NCBI GenBank assembly: GCA_951406725.2
Contig: OX597831.1
Coordinates: 53,506,001 to 53,570,000, forward strand
From: Octopus vulgaris
Taxonomy: Eukaryota
Direction of reading: 5' to 3'
Length of the DNA: 64,000 nucleotides
Positions 43,196-56,275 of this stretch are shown here, piece by piece; the stretch's first letter is position 1; each line of letters starts with the position of its first letter. The position numbers were made by a program, and so were the translations under genes. A model generated the notes under the pieces. That model was not told the origin of the DNA and made no database searches. It saw only the letters and a program-made list of their open reading frames with translations.

Positions 43196-43809
43196 TGTCA
43201 TTATTCAGTTATAATTCGAAATTTTTTGCCAACAGAGAAGGAGCTGCTTTCTAACCTAGATCCAAAGCTCCTTCATTAGAATTTCAGCAACATCAACAGG
43301 GTATTTTTGCCCGTATGTGCAAATTTGTATGTTTTGTTTTATGTATGTATTCTCATGAATATAGTTGCATGTCTAGACATGCTCATATATATATTTAAAT
43401 GATAAACTTGTGGAAATTTTACAGTTCCAGTGATGGCTTGGATCTGTAGTCTTTGAATCAGCTTTTTCCATTCTGGTTTTGAGAAGCCTAATTTCTGCAG
43501 ATTGGTATTTAGGCAGTGTGTCACATATCCCAGTGCTCCAATAATTACTGGTATAAACTTGAAATAGATAGAGTAACTGTAGATTCCTCATTGGTTCAGC
43601 ATAAGTATTTTTTTTTGCTGATCTTTTTTGCTTTATGTTAACACTCGCTTGGCAGCTGATATTCTCAGCAGTACACAGTTTCTCTCCTCTATCCCAAATC
43701 ATTATATCAGTCTGTTGTGTTTACATTTTATTGAGGTTTTCACCGGGACATTCCACCAGTACTCCTTTTTATTATGAATGGCTATGGCTTCCACCCTACT
43801 GTGGGTTCT

Positions 43810-43810
<1 letters not shown>
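43196..43810 (-). pseudogene. R4-type LINE 3' end (endonuclease plus UTR) inside (TATG)n
   Basis: HNKKEYWWNVPVKTSIKCKHNR..WDRGEKLCT..LQIQAITGTVK; TATG repeats at both junctions. Confidence 0.8.
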
Positions 43811-43841
<31 letters not shown>

Positions 43842-44059
43842 TGTATGTATGTATGTATGTATGTATGTATGTATGTATGTATGTATGTATGTATGTATGT
43901 ATGTATGTATGTATGTATGTGTGTATGTATGTATGCATGCATGATTATTCTTTGCGCTTTATTTAAGTTCTTCTTGAGAGGTTTCAAGGCAGTCGCTAAC
44001 AAAGTGACATGACTTTTTGAGTTAAGGAAGTTTCCAATGTTTGTAAATATGTAGTTCTT

Positions 44060-44458
44060 ATTTCTTTATTGCCCACAAGGGGCTAAACATAGAGGGGACA
44101 ATCAAGGACAGACAAAGGTATTAAGTCAATTACATCGACCCTAGTGTGTAACTGGTACTTAATTTAGCGACCCTGAAAGGATGACAGGCAATTTGAACTC
44201 AGAACGTAACGGCAGACGAAATACCTATTTCTTTACTACCCACAAGGGGCTAAACACAGAGGGGACAAACAAGGACAGACAAACGGATTAAGTCGATTAC
44301 ATCGACCCCAGTGCATAACTGGTACTTATTTAATCGACCCTGAAAGGATGAAAGGCAAAGTCGACCTCGGTGGAATTTGAACTCAGAACGTAACAACAGA
44401 CGAAATACCGATAAGCATTTCGTCTGGCACACTAACGTTTCTGCCAGCTTGCTGCCTT
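44060..44458 (-). mobile_element. Family A SINE, tandem pair
   Basis: cccacaaggggctaaaca..ggacagacaaa..acatcgacccc occurs twice. Confidence 0.85.
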
Positions 44459-44469
44459 TTGTAAATATG

Positions 44470-44835
44470 TAGTGCTGTTGGTGTGTTGGTTAAATTGTTG
44501 ATGCATACACCCAAGTTTGTGCATCTATGCACATAAAAATCTCAGATGGAGAACTTTTATGTCTTACTGTGATTTACAGTGGAGACATTACTGTGTAATG
44601 TCTCCACTTTGATTTTCAAAGAGATATTCACATCAGCAGGACAGTTGACCTCTATGATGGCACATACTTTTTTTCTTGTCTGTCCCAAACAACAATATCC
44701 AGGCTGTTATGCTTACACTTGACAAATGTTTTGATGGGTATGTTCCACCATTATTTCTTATGCTGATATTTATGTCTATATTCTCAATCAGGAGGATTCT
44801 CTATATTTATTCCAGGACAGTCTTTTACATGAATG
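44470..44835 (-). pseudogene. R4-type endonuclease remnant next to (TATG)n
   Basis: Minus strand reads WWNIPIKTFVKCKHNSLDIVVWDRQEKK..AIIEVNCPADVNISLKI. Confidence 0.7.
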
Positions 44836-45165
44836 GTATTGTGTGTATGTATGTATGTATGTATGTATGTATGTATGTATGTGTATGTGTATCTGTGTGC
44901 CTGTGTGTATGTATGAATGCATGTATGTATGTATGTATGTATGTATGTATGTATGTATGCATGCATGCATGCATGCATGCTTGCATGCATGTATGTATGT
45001 ATGTATGTATGTATGTATGTATGTATGTATGTATGTATGTATGTCATTATTCAGTTTTATTTCAGCAAATTCAAACTCCCTTATCCATCAAATGTCACAT
45101 ATCAGAGGAGGTTTAGTGAAAGTGTAGCAAAAAAATATGGCAGTGCTCCAGCATGACCTTAGTCT

Positions 45166-45828
45166 TTGGGCAGAAATTTAGAGAAAAAACGTATATGTAT
45201 ATTCAATATAGGTAAATATTTCCTAGCACTGATAGATAGACATTTTCCAGTTAACCATGCTTATAGGAAACTCTTCAATAGACACAATTTAAAAATTAGT
45301 TTTAGTTCAACTACCAATTTTAAAAACATAATCAATCATAACATACAAAAAACACAAGAAGAAAACAGCTGTTCATGCAGGAATAAAGAATTGTGCCCGC
45401 TAAATGGAGCTTGCATGTCCAAGACCATCATATATGAAGCTACCGTAAACTCTATAACCACTAAAGACACCGTTTCGACGAAGAAATACGTGGGCCTGAC
45501 AGAGGGTAATTTCAAGGCCAGGTTCAATAACCACACTTTGAGCTTTAGGCACTGGAACAAAAGAAAAGCGACACAATTATCCAATCATATTTGGTCTTTA
45601 AGAGATAAAGGTGTCGATTATAATATACAATGGAAGATTTTGGCCAGATGTAAGCCCTATACTAACGGCAGCGGAAGGTGCGGTTTATGCGACATGGAGA
45701 GATGGCTTATCTGGAAAAGCAGCTTAGACCCTACCACATGTCTAAATACAAGGACAGAGCTTTTCGGATCATGCCCACATGTGACTAAATTTCTGTTACG
45801 TTTTTGGTCCCCTAAAGAAAACGGATAG
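45166..45828 (+). mobile_element. Penelope-like element, C-terminal GIY-YIG region, open for 220 codons, 5'-truncated
   Basis: NIGKYFLALIDRHFP..FNRHNLKISFS; CSCRNKELCPLNGAC; IIYEATV..YVGLTEGNFKARFNNH; CGLC..E; CLN. Confidence 0.88.
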
Positions 45829-46012
45829 AACATGCTTTCTGTGTTATGCCCCAAGAAGATTTTATATATTTTTATATATTTTTATGTATTTTTATATAAT
45901 TTTTATGACGAAAAATGCGAGCGATGTATAAGTACGCAGGCAAAGCAGAGTTATAACAGAGTAATTTCCCTTCATTTTTAACGGTATTTTTTCATAACGT
46001 TTTCAAATAGCC

Positions 46013-46075
46013 AGATAACCGAAGAGATGGTGTTGTGGATTTCCACTTCGGCATCTGAAACTCAGAGTTTTATCT
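46013..46075 (+). ncRNA. Hammerhead in the 3' pseudo-LTR of the 45166 PLE (U4C)
   Basis: agataa CCGAAGA gatg..gtgga-tt-tccac..catc-t GAAA ctcagag TT ttatct; 6-bp stem I. Confidence 0.65.
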
Positions 46076-46209
46076 TGACTACCGAGTAATGTAACATATT
46101 GTATAGATAAATTTCCTCTATTTACATAATATTAAGGTCTCTTTCTTTCTTTTGTTATCTTACCGTTTTATCAATATATATATATATATATATATAAATC
46201 GATCAAAAA

Positions 46210-46550
46210 TCAATGGAAATTGTAGATGTGATACCAGTGCTGGTGGCACATAAAAGAACCATCCGAACGTGGCTGTTGCCAGTGCTGCCTCAACTGGCCT
46301 CCGTGCCAGGGGCATGTAAAAAGCACCAACTGATTGTGGCCGTTGCCAGCCTCGCTTGGCACCTCTGCTGATGGCATGTAAAAAGCACCCACTACACTTA
46401 CGGAGTGGTTGGCGTTAGGAAGGGCATCAGGCTGTAGAAACACTGCCAGATCAGACTGGGCCTGGTGCAGCCTCCTGGCTTCCCAGACCCCGGTCGAACC
46501 ATCCAACCCATGCTAGCAGGGAAAGCGGACATTAAACGATGATGATGATG
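46210..46550 (+). mobile_element. RTE 3' tail
   Basis: Matches 35000-35268, ends in (GAT)n. Confidence 0.85.
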
Positions 46551-47191
46551 ATATAGAATTTTTTTCAGAATGAGATAAAAAAAAAAAAACCTGTGTGCAA
46601 GCTCATTGTGTGTGTGTGTCTTTTAGTTAGTACCAAACTTCACTGCTTGACAATCAGTGTTGTTTTGCTTATGTTCTTAGAACTTAGCAGTTCAACCAAA
46701 AAGAAAGACTCAAGAAAAAAAAAAAAAGTAGTGGGGTTAATTTCTTCAACTAAACCCTTCAAGATGGTGCCCCAGCATAGCCACAGTCCAATGACTGAAA
46801 CAAATAAAGGATAAACGATTACACTTGAGAATCTGCACAGTCAAGTCTAATGTTAACAGGTGTAACATGAAAGGCATGAAAAATAGTGTACAAAAGATTT
46901 CACTGGGCATAAATCTACATGCCTTTATTTTACATGCCCTGCAATGCATGCCTTTTAAACTTGTTAGCCTATGATTACTGCTATATGTTGTCTGGAAGCA
47001 ATTAGTTTCTTCAGTTTGCTTCAACAAATCTATAATTATTTCTCTGATTGACTCAGTATTGATAAATTCTTACTAGCTATATATCAGACTTAGGCATACA
47101 CTGTTAAGCCAATGAATTAAAAGATGATGAGGAAGTCAGATCGATACTTGGAAACCACCAAGACATCATGTGGGTAATATGTATATATAAT

Positions 47192-47458
47192 TGTCACTAA
47201 ATATGACTAGGTTGTTAGAACACTTACATTGCTAGAAATAAGAGTTAAAACGCTCTAATGCCATGGGTTAAGCATATAATTGCATACATGTGTACTGACA
47301 AGGACTGTAATCACTCAAAAATTGGTGTCTTTGTGCTATTACAGTGCCCGTGAATACATATAAATACAATTATGTGCTTTAGCTACAACACGAGAGCTTT
47401 TTAGTTCTTATTTCTAACAATGTGGTTGTTCTAACACCCTAACCATATTTAGTGACCA
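47192..47458. mobile_element. MITE related to 7570-7892
   Basis: tgtcactaaatatg..agaaataagagttaaaa vs ttcttatttcta..catatttagtgacca. Confidence 0.7.
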
Positions 47459-47540
47459 TTAGTTTTCCTTTTTAGTAACACATTGCACATGGCTGTCTAT
47501 ATTAATCTTACATATATATATATACATATGTGTGTGTGTA

Positions 47541-47597
<57 letters not shown>

Positions 47598-47618
47598 TTA
47601 TATATATATACTCAATCA

Positions 47619-47662
<44 letters not shown>

Positions 47663-48851
47663 TATAAGTAAGCATATAGGTGCAAAACAAGATGGGAAAA
47701 ATAGTACTCAAATACCAAAGGGAGAGTAAAATGCTATTTTACTAAAGCCAAAATATATCTAATATAATAAGTGTAGTGGTTTTATATATTTTATAGCGTT
47801 TTTAAATATATATATATATATTTGTCCAGAATCACACTGGACGTGGAGGAGGAGAGAAAATAGTAATTCAGTGAAGGAAAAGTAGTGAGAGTAATAGCCC
47901 TGACTGAGAGGGAGTGAGAGAAAGTAATAGCAATGAGAGAAAGGAATGGGTGATAAGGAAGGAAGGTGTGAAAAAAAATCAGTGTTTCAACTCTGTGTGA
48001 GTATATGTGTGTATGTGTGTGCATGTGCAAGGGAAGAATGTGAATGTTTGTGTAATTATTATGTGCCTTATTTTGTACCTTATTTATATATAAAATACTA
48101 CGATTAGCCGTCATTATTGATAGCTAGTATACATATACGTGAGACTCTAATAGAGATCTTTGATTATACAAGCCTTCAAGTTTAATCTGGAAATATTTTC
48201 CATAGTGAAGCTAAGCTCATAATGGTGTAACTTGTAAATTCAAGTTAGTGGGTGTTTTCTTTGTTATATCTTGTTTCATGATAAAACATCGTTTTTTAAA
48301 GTCAATCTTTCAAGCTGTTTCAACATAAAGATTCTGACTTAAATTCAGCAATATAACAATTGTATGTGACTAAGAATTACATCACTGACAGCAGATACAA
48401 TGTGGGCTTGCATTAAATTTTGATTGCTGCTTCTGAGAATGCAAAGAAACTAGAGATACCACAACGTTTTGTGGAAGAACAAGCAAACCAAAAAAAAAAT
48501 AAATAAACAGGAAAATGTAAAAAGCTTTCTGAGAATGAGATTCAAGAAATGTAGAAGCACCACAAGATTCACCACAAGTAGCAATTCAATGTATGAGGTT
48601 TCTGTTATATATGCAGTTTCAGAAATAAGCCATACACTCTGCTAAAGGGAGATTTCAATAGCAATAGTATAATGTGTTAATGTGTGTGTGTTTATAATGT
48701 AGGTAGGCATAAGCAAGTGTTCATTGCCAGTGCATGAGAGTTGTTTATAATAATTGTAGCTGCCCTTTAAATCAAGTTAATCAAATTCCACATTCTCAGT
48801 CTGATGATTGGAAAGGTGAAATTTCAGTTTTGTAGCCCCAGCTGCAATAAC

Positions 48852-48883
<32 letters not shown>

Positions 48884-48904
48884 TATATTTATTTATTTAT
48901 TTAT

Positions 48905-49203
48905 GCGCCCTTTTCAAGCCTAGCCAGGCTCATGGGCCCGGTTTCCCGGTTTCTGTGGCGTATGTGTTCCCCCCAGCTGGACGGGATGCCAGGCCATTGC
49001 AGTGTTACTCAAGAAACAGGAAGAAAGAGTGAGGGAAAGTTGGGGCAAAAGAGTACAACAGGGGTTGCCACCATCCCCTGCCGGAGCCTCATGGAACTTA
49101 AGGTGTTTTCACTCAATAAACACACACAACTCCCGGTCTGGGAATCAAAACCATGATCCTCTGACCGCAAGTCCGCTGCCCTAACCACTGGACCATTGCA
49201 CCT

Positions 49204-49206
<3 letters not shown>
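48905..49206 (-). mobile_element. tRNA-derived SINE, family D
   Basis: Minus head ggaggtgcaatggtccagtggttagggcagcggacttgcggtc..ggttttgattccc; (TAAA)n tail. Confidence 0.7.
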
Positions 49207-49243
<37 letters not shown>

Positions 49244-49266
49244 TATAGTGGGGTAGACCAGTTTAT

Positions 49267-49327
49267 GGGGTTACCTTGGGTTTCTTGCTCATAAGGGGCT
49301 TAGTTTTACAGTGTATCTTCAGATCCC
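49267..49327 (-). ncRNA. Hammerhead (family C relative) at the end of a palindrome
   Basis: gggat CTGAAGA tacac...gcaa GAAA cc-caa-gg TA acccc; stem II decayed. Confidence 0.5.
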
Positions 49328-49563
49328 AAACATTGCTGGTGTGAGACCTCTTTAAAATATGAAGGGGGAAAGCTTCGTTTTTTAAGAGTAAAACTCCATG
49401 GGATTGTCTCCCTTTACCATTGTCCATTGATCTTCAGCCATGAGATAATCACATAGGGTTTTACCTTTAAAAATGAGGCTTTTCTCCCTCAATATTTTAA
49501 GGAGGTCTCAGGCCAGCAGTGTTTGGGATCAGAAGATACACCATAAAGCTAAACCCCTTATGA
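49289..49563. repeat. Palindrome with about 120-bp arms (49289-49410, 49442-49563)
   Basis: gtgtatcttcagatcccaaacattgctgg..tgagacctc vs gaggtctca..ccagcagtgtttgggatcagaagatacac. Confidence 0.8.
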
Positions 49564-49684
49564 AGGTCACTTCTAGCTCTTACTGCATGCACAACCATGT
49601 ACTACCTCTGTTGGTGTGCTACAGAACTAGTCCGCAAACTTTTTGGTACCACCTCATTTATATACACATATGTGTGTTATGTTA

Positions 49685-50030
49685 CATGTATGTGAGTCTC
49701 ACAGAGGGAAACTTTAAAGAAAGATTTAACAATCACACCTTAAGCTTCAGACACTAGAATAAATGAAAATCTACTAAATTATCCAGTTATGTATGGTTCT
49801 TGAAAGAACAAGGTGCCAACTATAGTATTTACTGGAAGATCTTAGCCAAGTGTAACCCTTATACCAATGGTAGTGGCAAGTGCAGTCTTTGTAACATAGA
49901 AAGATGGCTCACCTGGAAAAGTTCATTCGACTCCACTACATGTTTAAATTCAAGAACTGAACTCTTTGATCATGTCCACGTGTCACAAAATACCTGTTAT
50001 GGTTTTGAGCCTCCAAGATGGTGACTAGAG
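49685..50030 (+). pseudogene. Penelope-like GIY-YIG remnant, paralogous to 45166-45828
   Basis: YVSLTEGNFKERFNNHTLSFRH* ... WKILAKCNPYTNGSGKCSLCNIERWLTWKSS. Confidence 0.85.
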
Positions 50031-50246
50031 CCCACATTTCTACTATGTCCCTGTACAAACTTTCCCATACTGTTTAACTTCCATTAATTTTTAATTTTAT
50101 TTTTGTTTTTGTTTTTATATATATATTGTATATTTATATATATATATATATATATAATTTTTTATATAGATGTGCATATATGTATATATATTATAGGCAT
50201 GTATGTATGTATGTGTGTGTGTGTATATGTATATGAGTGTATGAGT

Positions 50247-50772
50247 AAATACTAATCAGACACAGACTGTGTCATTAGGCAACTGGAGGCGATGTCTTCT
50301 TGGGGCTATAAATAACAGTAGCATTTTTCCATATGGGATAGCCACATTTAAGTGGCAAAAATACTTCACGATGTTGTGCTGTTACTGTTTACATCTCACT
50401 CAGAGATTTATTATTACTTGTTTATCCTTTACGAGATCAGCGACCGTTTGTCACTGGAAAAAGTATTTAGTATTTTGTGTTTGGAATCAGTTCTCACCCC
50501 TAGCTGGTGATTGTCCCATGCTGATGATGGGTTACTACCCAGAAACCTGGGTCCATGAGTATCACATAAGGCTAGAGATGGGAATGATGATTTCCTTTCG
50601 CAAATACTGATTGGACACAGACAGTGTGTCGTTAGCCAGCTGGAGGCGATGTCTTCCTAGGGCTATAAATAACAGTAGCATCGTCCCATATGGGTCAACC
50701 ATATTTAGGTGGCAAATATACTTCACGATGTCGTGCTGCTACTGTTTACATCTCACTCAGAGATTTATTATT
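50247..50772 (+). mobile_element. Non-coding unit: direct repeats of about 165 bp (period about 355) around a hammerhead
   Basis: aaatact.at..gacacagac..ctggaggcgatgtcttc..catctcactcagagatttattatt at 50247-50415 and 50602-50772. Confidence 0.8.
50517..50557 (+). ncRNA. Canonical minimal type I hammerhead, GUC site
   Basis: catg CTGATGA tgggt-tact-accca GAAA cctggg TC catg; all core nucleotides intact. Confidence 0.8.
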
Positions 50773-51002
50773 GCTATATATATATTATTCAATAAACACA
50801 ATATATATTTTTATGTGCTAGTATTTGTTTCATGTGCTGAGAGTCATGTGAGATGGTATTTTTTAACAAGTCTGGTGTTAGAAAAATAATAGTAGCACAT
50901 AAAAACATATATTGTGTTTATAAAATAACCTTTATCTCTCACCAGACGAAGAACTCTTTTGCTGACCTTACCACCATGGAACAGTACACTATATATATTT
51001 AT

Positions 51003-51167
51003 AGGTGCAAGTAAGGGTGTGTGGTAAGAAGCTTGCTTCCCAACCACATGGCTCTGGGTTCAGTCCCACTGCATGGCACCTTGGGGAAGTGTCTTCCTCT
51101 TCTATAGCCTCAAGCTGACCAAAGCCTTGTGAGTAGATTTGGTTGATGGAAACTGAAAGAAGCCTGT

Positions 51168-51170
<3 letters not shown>
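51003..51170 (+). mobile_element. Family B SINE head
   Basis: Matches 58211-58370; further heads at 39810-39960, 52910-53065 and 55470-55600. Confidence 0.8.
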
Positions 51171-51199
<29 letters not shown>

Positions 51200-51321
51200 G
51201 TATGTACATATGTATGTATGTATGTTTGTATGTACATATGTATGTAAGTATGTATGTACGTATGAATATATATATACACATATATATATATATGTATGTA
51301 TATGTATATATACATACATAC

Positions 51322-51375
<54 letters not shown>

Positions 51376-51599
51376 AATGTTGAACTATGAAAATGAGTAC
51401 TCCACACTGCATTGGCAGATATAAATTCTTTATTTGTGAATTAAGGGTACCATTGGTTTCAAGTTAAGAAAAGTAGAAAAATATCCTAGTGTCTTAATAA
51501 TTTTTCAGGCCAATTACATGGAGAAAGGTGTTCACCTGCATTTTGGAAAACCCAGCCTCATTTAGTTTGTGGAGATTCTTGTGAATTCACATGATTGAA

Positions 51600-52625
51600 A
51601 CAATGAATCAAGGGATGTTATTCCTGGCTGGTATCTCTTGAATGTTTGTCTCCCTTTGAGCAAATTGTTGTGTGGTCAATTTGTTTGCATTATTTTGTTT
51701 TTGTTCTGAGTGTGGTGTTCTTACACTTGTGTGCTGAGGTAGTTCATCATTGGGGCATATTTTTCCTGTGTGTGAAGTTGGTGTGCTATGTGTATTCAGG
51801 TTTCATGTTCAGGAAAGGAGCTATCCTGGTGAGATTACCGTTGCAGATGGTGACTCTTCTTTGAAGTATTTGAGTGTAAAATAATACTTGTGTATGCAAG
51901 GAGATAAGGTTTCATCCCTAAAGTTTAGGATGTTACCTGTTGATTGTATAATGTTGAATTTTTCAGTAATACAGAGTTCATGTTTAGCACCTGTCCTCTG
52001 TATTTTTTGGCTTTAGCAGTAATTTTCCATTCTATCTGGGGGTTGCTTATTCCACCTTTTTTCAATGTCCATATCATATTTGAGAGGGATGTTGCATATT
52101 TTTTTTATTTTTGCCTCTGAATGACGCCGTCATTCCAATATATGTCATAATTACTTGGTCTGGTATATGAGTTCTTTCTTGAGCTAGTTGTTGTTTAGAG
52201 AGCAGCAGTTTAGGGATCTACAGTTGCATTGTCTTTCGGGGGTGTTTCTGGTATGTTTATATTTATTGTGATTGAGTATCATTGACCCAATATTGGGGAG
52301 GCAACCATAGTTAAGTTTAACAGTATTTCTGTCAAAGATTTTGGGGTATCTGTGTGAATGTGGAAAGTGGTTGTCTACTAGTTTTAAGAATTTCCTAACT
52401 ATTCATGCTACATTCATGTTATAAGGTGGGTTAAACCATAACCTTTTCCTCTGTCTGTGTCATTTTTGGTCTATATATATTTGGTTCAATGTAGTATATG
52501 CTATATTAAAGTCGGACCTTTCTAATGCAGCATTATAATATGAGGCAGCTTTTTCAAGAGTGTCTTTGTGGGCGGATAAATTAGAGATGTGCTTGCTAAT
52601 GTTGTTGATCATTTGTTTAATTACT
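51600..52625 (-). pseudogene. Decayed Penelope-like RT C-terminus/linker
   Basis: Minus strand reads ISNLSAHKDTLEKAASYYNAALERS and WFNPPYNMNV..KFLKLVDNHFPHSHRYPKIFDRNTVKLNYGCLPNI; similar to the start of ORF 45166. Confidence 0.7.
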
Positions 52626-53269
52626 GCTATGTACAAGGCTTCCTCATTTGGTTTGCAGTTCTTACCACAAAGTCATGCATTATTGATACAACTGCTTCAA
52701 ATGAATAGTATTAGGTATCAGTACTTGATCTGACTGAACTGATGGAAAGGTATGTAAAGCAAACTTTTAAGGTGCTTGATATTGAAATGATTATGAGACT
52801 TAAATTTTGACAGCACAATTTGCAAAATTATTACCACCGATAATTAAATTTTGACAGCACAATTTGCAAAATTATTACCACCGATAATTGTAGGCATGCC
52901 GTAGGTATAGAAATGACTGCATGGTTAAAAAGCTTGCTTTCCAGTTATATGGTCTTGATTTCGATCTCATTGCACAGCACCTTAGGCAAATCAAGTATTT
53001 TTTCTATAGCCCTGAGCAAACCAAAGCCTTGTGGATTTGATGGGTGGAAACTGAAAGAAGCCCATTGTATATGTGTGTGTGTGACAGTCTCTTGCATCAG
53101 CTCACAGTGCCACCTTGTCTGGTTTCAGTTGTTGACTTCGAGATAATTACTCTGAGATGCATGCATCCCACAGTTTGGTCAGATGGCACTGCGAGCTGGT
53201 TCGGTGTATTCACACCTATTTGTTAACAGTAAGAAATTTTCCCTATGACAAAACACAGTGAATGGGTTT

Positions 53270-53718
53270 TTTATGGCTTTGTGCTTGTGCCACATAAAAA
53301 GCACCTGTGTAAAAAGCACTTGAGCTGGGTCCATGTAGGGAGCACTCATGCCTGTACCACATAAGAAGCATGTATACTAGTACCATGTAAAAAGCACTTG
53401 TGCCAGCACCACATAAACACATAATGTGCAGGCTCCACATGCAAAGCACTTGTGCTGGTGTGATGTAAAAGGCACTTGTGCTAGCACCATGTAAAAAGCA
53501 CTCAGAGCACTTGTGCCTATATCATGTTAAAGGTACCTAGCACGGAGTGTAAAGTGGTTGGCATTAGGAAGGGCAGTCAGCCATAGAAACCATGCCAAAA
53601 TAGACAAATAAAATCTGGGCAGCTCTCTGACTATCCAGCTCCAATCAAACTGTCTAAATTATGCCAGTATGGAAAACAGATGTTAAATGATGATGATGAT
53701 AATGATGATGATGATGAT
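53270..53718 (+). mobile_element. Old RTE-type tail with a degenerate array of (g)taaaaagcac modules
   Basis: About 8-10 aaaagcac units, then gtggttggcattaggaagggca..gatgttaaatgatgatg. Confidence 0.7.
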
Positions 53719-55716
53719 GTTTGTATATTTGTATGTATGTGTGTTTGTGTGTACCTAGACACTTTATTTCATGTTGTTCCAGTCCACTCAGCTGTAGAAA
53801 TGAGTTGCAATGTCACTGGTGCCAAGCAGTATCAGTCTTTGCCCTTCCCTTGGATAACATCGGTGGTAGGGAGAGGGGAGGCTGGTCTTCCATAAGAAAC
53901 CTTGCCTCAGAGGGGAACTTTCTAGGGGAAAACCCATGGTCATCCATGACTGAAGGGGGTCATTACCATATCTTTACAAATGAGTATCACCATCATGCAA
54001 GTGATGTTGTTACTTCCAGTCTTCCATGAACAATATGTTTTGTCATAGGGATGATGTATTACCTGTTTTGGAAACAGATAAGGGTTAACGACACAAAGGA
54101 CACCTGGCCATATAAAAAAAAAATCCTGCCTCAATGAATTCTTTCTGACCCACTCAAGCATGTAAAAGTGGATGTTAACTAATGAGGAGGATGCGGGGGA
54201 GGAGGGGGATTACAAAGGGGCAGGGTTACGTTTTTTGTCTGTTTTTCTTCTTTTTCTTTCTCCATCCCTCTGTAGGGAGAATATTGTAGTTAAGGTGATG
54301 GATTGGTCAAACCAAATAACCTTAAAAAAATGTATAAAACAAAAGGTTTTAATGTTATGTTGCCCTTGGCAGAGGATGCATTCTACTGAATGTCCTTTAG
54401 TTCAAAGTGATTTGTGTGCCAAAATGTTTTCTTTTGTATTAAGGAAAGATAATTAAAGATTGATGTGCTATTTATTCTTGCAATTTAAAATAAATTTAGT
54501 AGTTTCAAGTTAAGTGCTTTTCACATACATACATACATACATACACACATACATACATACATACACACACACATATATACATACACACATACATACATAC
54601 ATACACACATACATACACACATATACATACATACATACATACATACACACACACATACATACATACACACACACATACACACATACATACATACATACAT
54701 ACATACATACGTATATATACATATAATTTTTTAAGTATCAATGAGAATGTTTTCTATTTTTTTGTAATGTAAATTATAGATAAATACACACACATATATA
54801 TGTATGTATATGTATACATATATATATATACATATGTATATATATGTATACATATATATGCATGTGTATATATGTATACATATATATGTGTGTGTGTGTA
54901 TATATATATATAAATATAAATATATATATATAAGCATACATATACATGCACATATGCACACATACACATATTCATAAGAAAAATATCTTTGCTCAGCCAG
55001 ATTTTTGTAATAAAATAATTCTTAGCTTTTTGTTACAAACTAATTGAAAAGTAGCATTCTACATTTTTTTTTATAGGAGAAATTTCCTTTTTAATTATTT
55101 TCTCTTTATATAATTCACTTCATATTAATCCATATATAAATAATTTCTAAAGATATCAGTTTGCTTTTGTGTGCTAAATTTTTGGCATACGTCTAAATTT
55201 TTTGAAATTAAACTTGTAAAAATTTTGTCCTAATTAATTGTTTGTCTTGTAATTTTGTTCTCTAATTTGTATAAAGTGTTTGCTTTAATATTTATATTTA
55301 AAAGAAATAAACGTTTTAATATCTTTATGTGAAACATAAATGCCTGTCTGCCTCTCTCCTAATATGTATGTAAGTGTCGAATAAGCAGGAATCTGACAAA
55401 AATGCATGAGAACATTAAAAATAATAAAAATTATAAAAATAATTATAAAATTGGTTCTGATATAGACACAGGTGTGGATAACTGTGGTTAGGAAAGGCAC
55501 TTTCCAACCATGTAGTTTTGTGTTTGGTACCCATGTGTGCTACCTTTGGCTAGTGTTTTCTACTATAGCCCTGGGCTGACCAATGCACTGTGAGTTAATT
55601 TGGAACATATTTGGTATGTATGTATGTGTATGTATGTATGTATGTATGTATGTATGCATGCATGCATGTATATGTGTGTGTGCATGTTTTAGCATTTGTA
55701 TTATATATATATATAT

Positions 55717-56057
55717 ACGAGCAAAACGCCCCCTGTCCAATGGACGGTGCTGAGTTGTCAAATATTTAAACCAAATTTTCTCAAACCAACTTGTCCGTCC
55801 GTCCCATAGGCCTCCTCTTTGAGAAACACTGATTTAACCTAAATCTGAGACACCAGCAAAAGAAGAAATAAAGATAGACTTTTTTTCTATTCCAAAGAAA
55901 AAGGATTTCCCATGGCTTTATCGATTGCATTCTCACCTGGAATCGATTTTTGTAATTTTTTCAAGACTTATACATGCCCTGATACCGTTTGCCCAAGATC
56001 CAAGAAGCCACACACACACAGACAGACAGATAGACAGAACAGATTTTATATAAGAGA
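55717..56057 (-). mobile_element. Non-autonomous Helitron-like element, internally deleted copy
   Basis: Reverse complement of 40027-40200 plus 40390-40577 with the same termini. Confidence 0.75.
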
Positions 56058-56074
56058 TACATAACAACTGTCAA

Positions 56075-56275
56075 TGGCACCCATGCCAGTGACATGTAAA
56101 AAAATGTTCACTACACTCTTGGAGTGGTTGGCGTTAGGAAGGGCATCCAGCCATAGAAACCTTGCCAAATTGGATTAGAACCTGGTGCAGCTCCCTGGTT
56201 TACCAGTTTTCAATCAAACCATCCAACCCAAGCCAGCATGGAAAGCAGACATTAAACAATGATGATGATGATGAT
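56075..56275 (+). mobile_element. RTE 3' tail
   Basis: ctacactcttggagtggttggcgttaggaagggcatccagc..(GAT)n. Confidence 0.85.

Noticed and set aside
48797-48830. CTGATGA..GAAA..TC spacing
   Set aside because: No stem I or stem II pairing; chance match.
52801-52888. Exact 44-bp tandem duplication
   Set aside because: Real, but an ordinary local duplication with no further structure.
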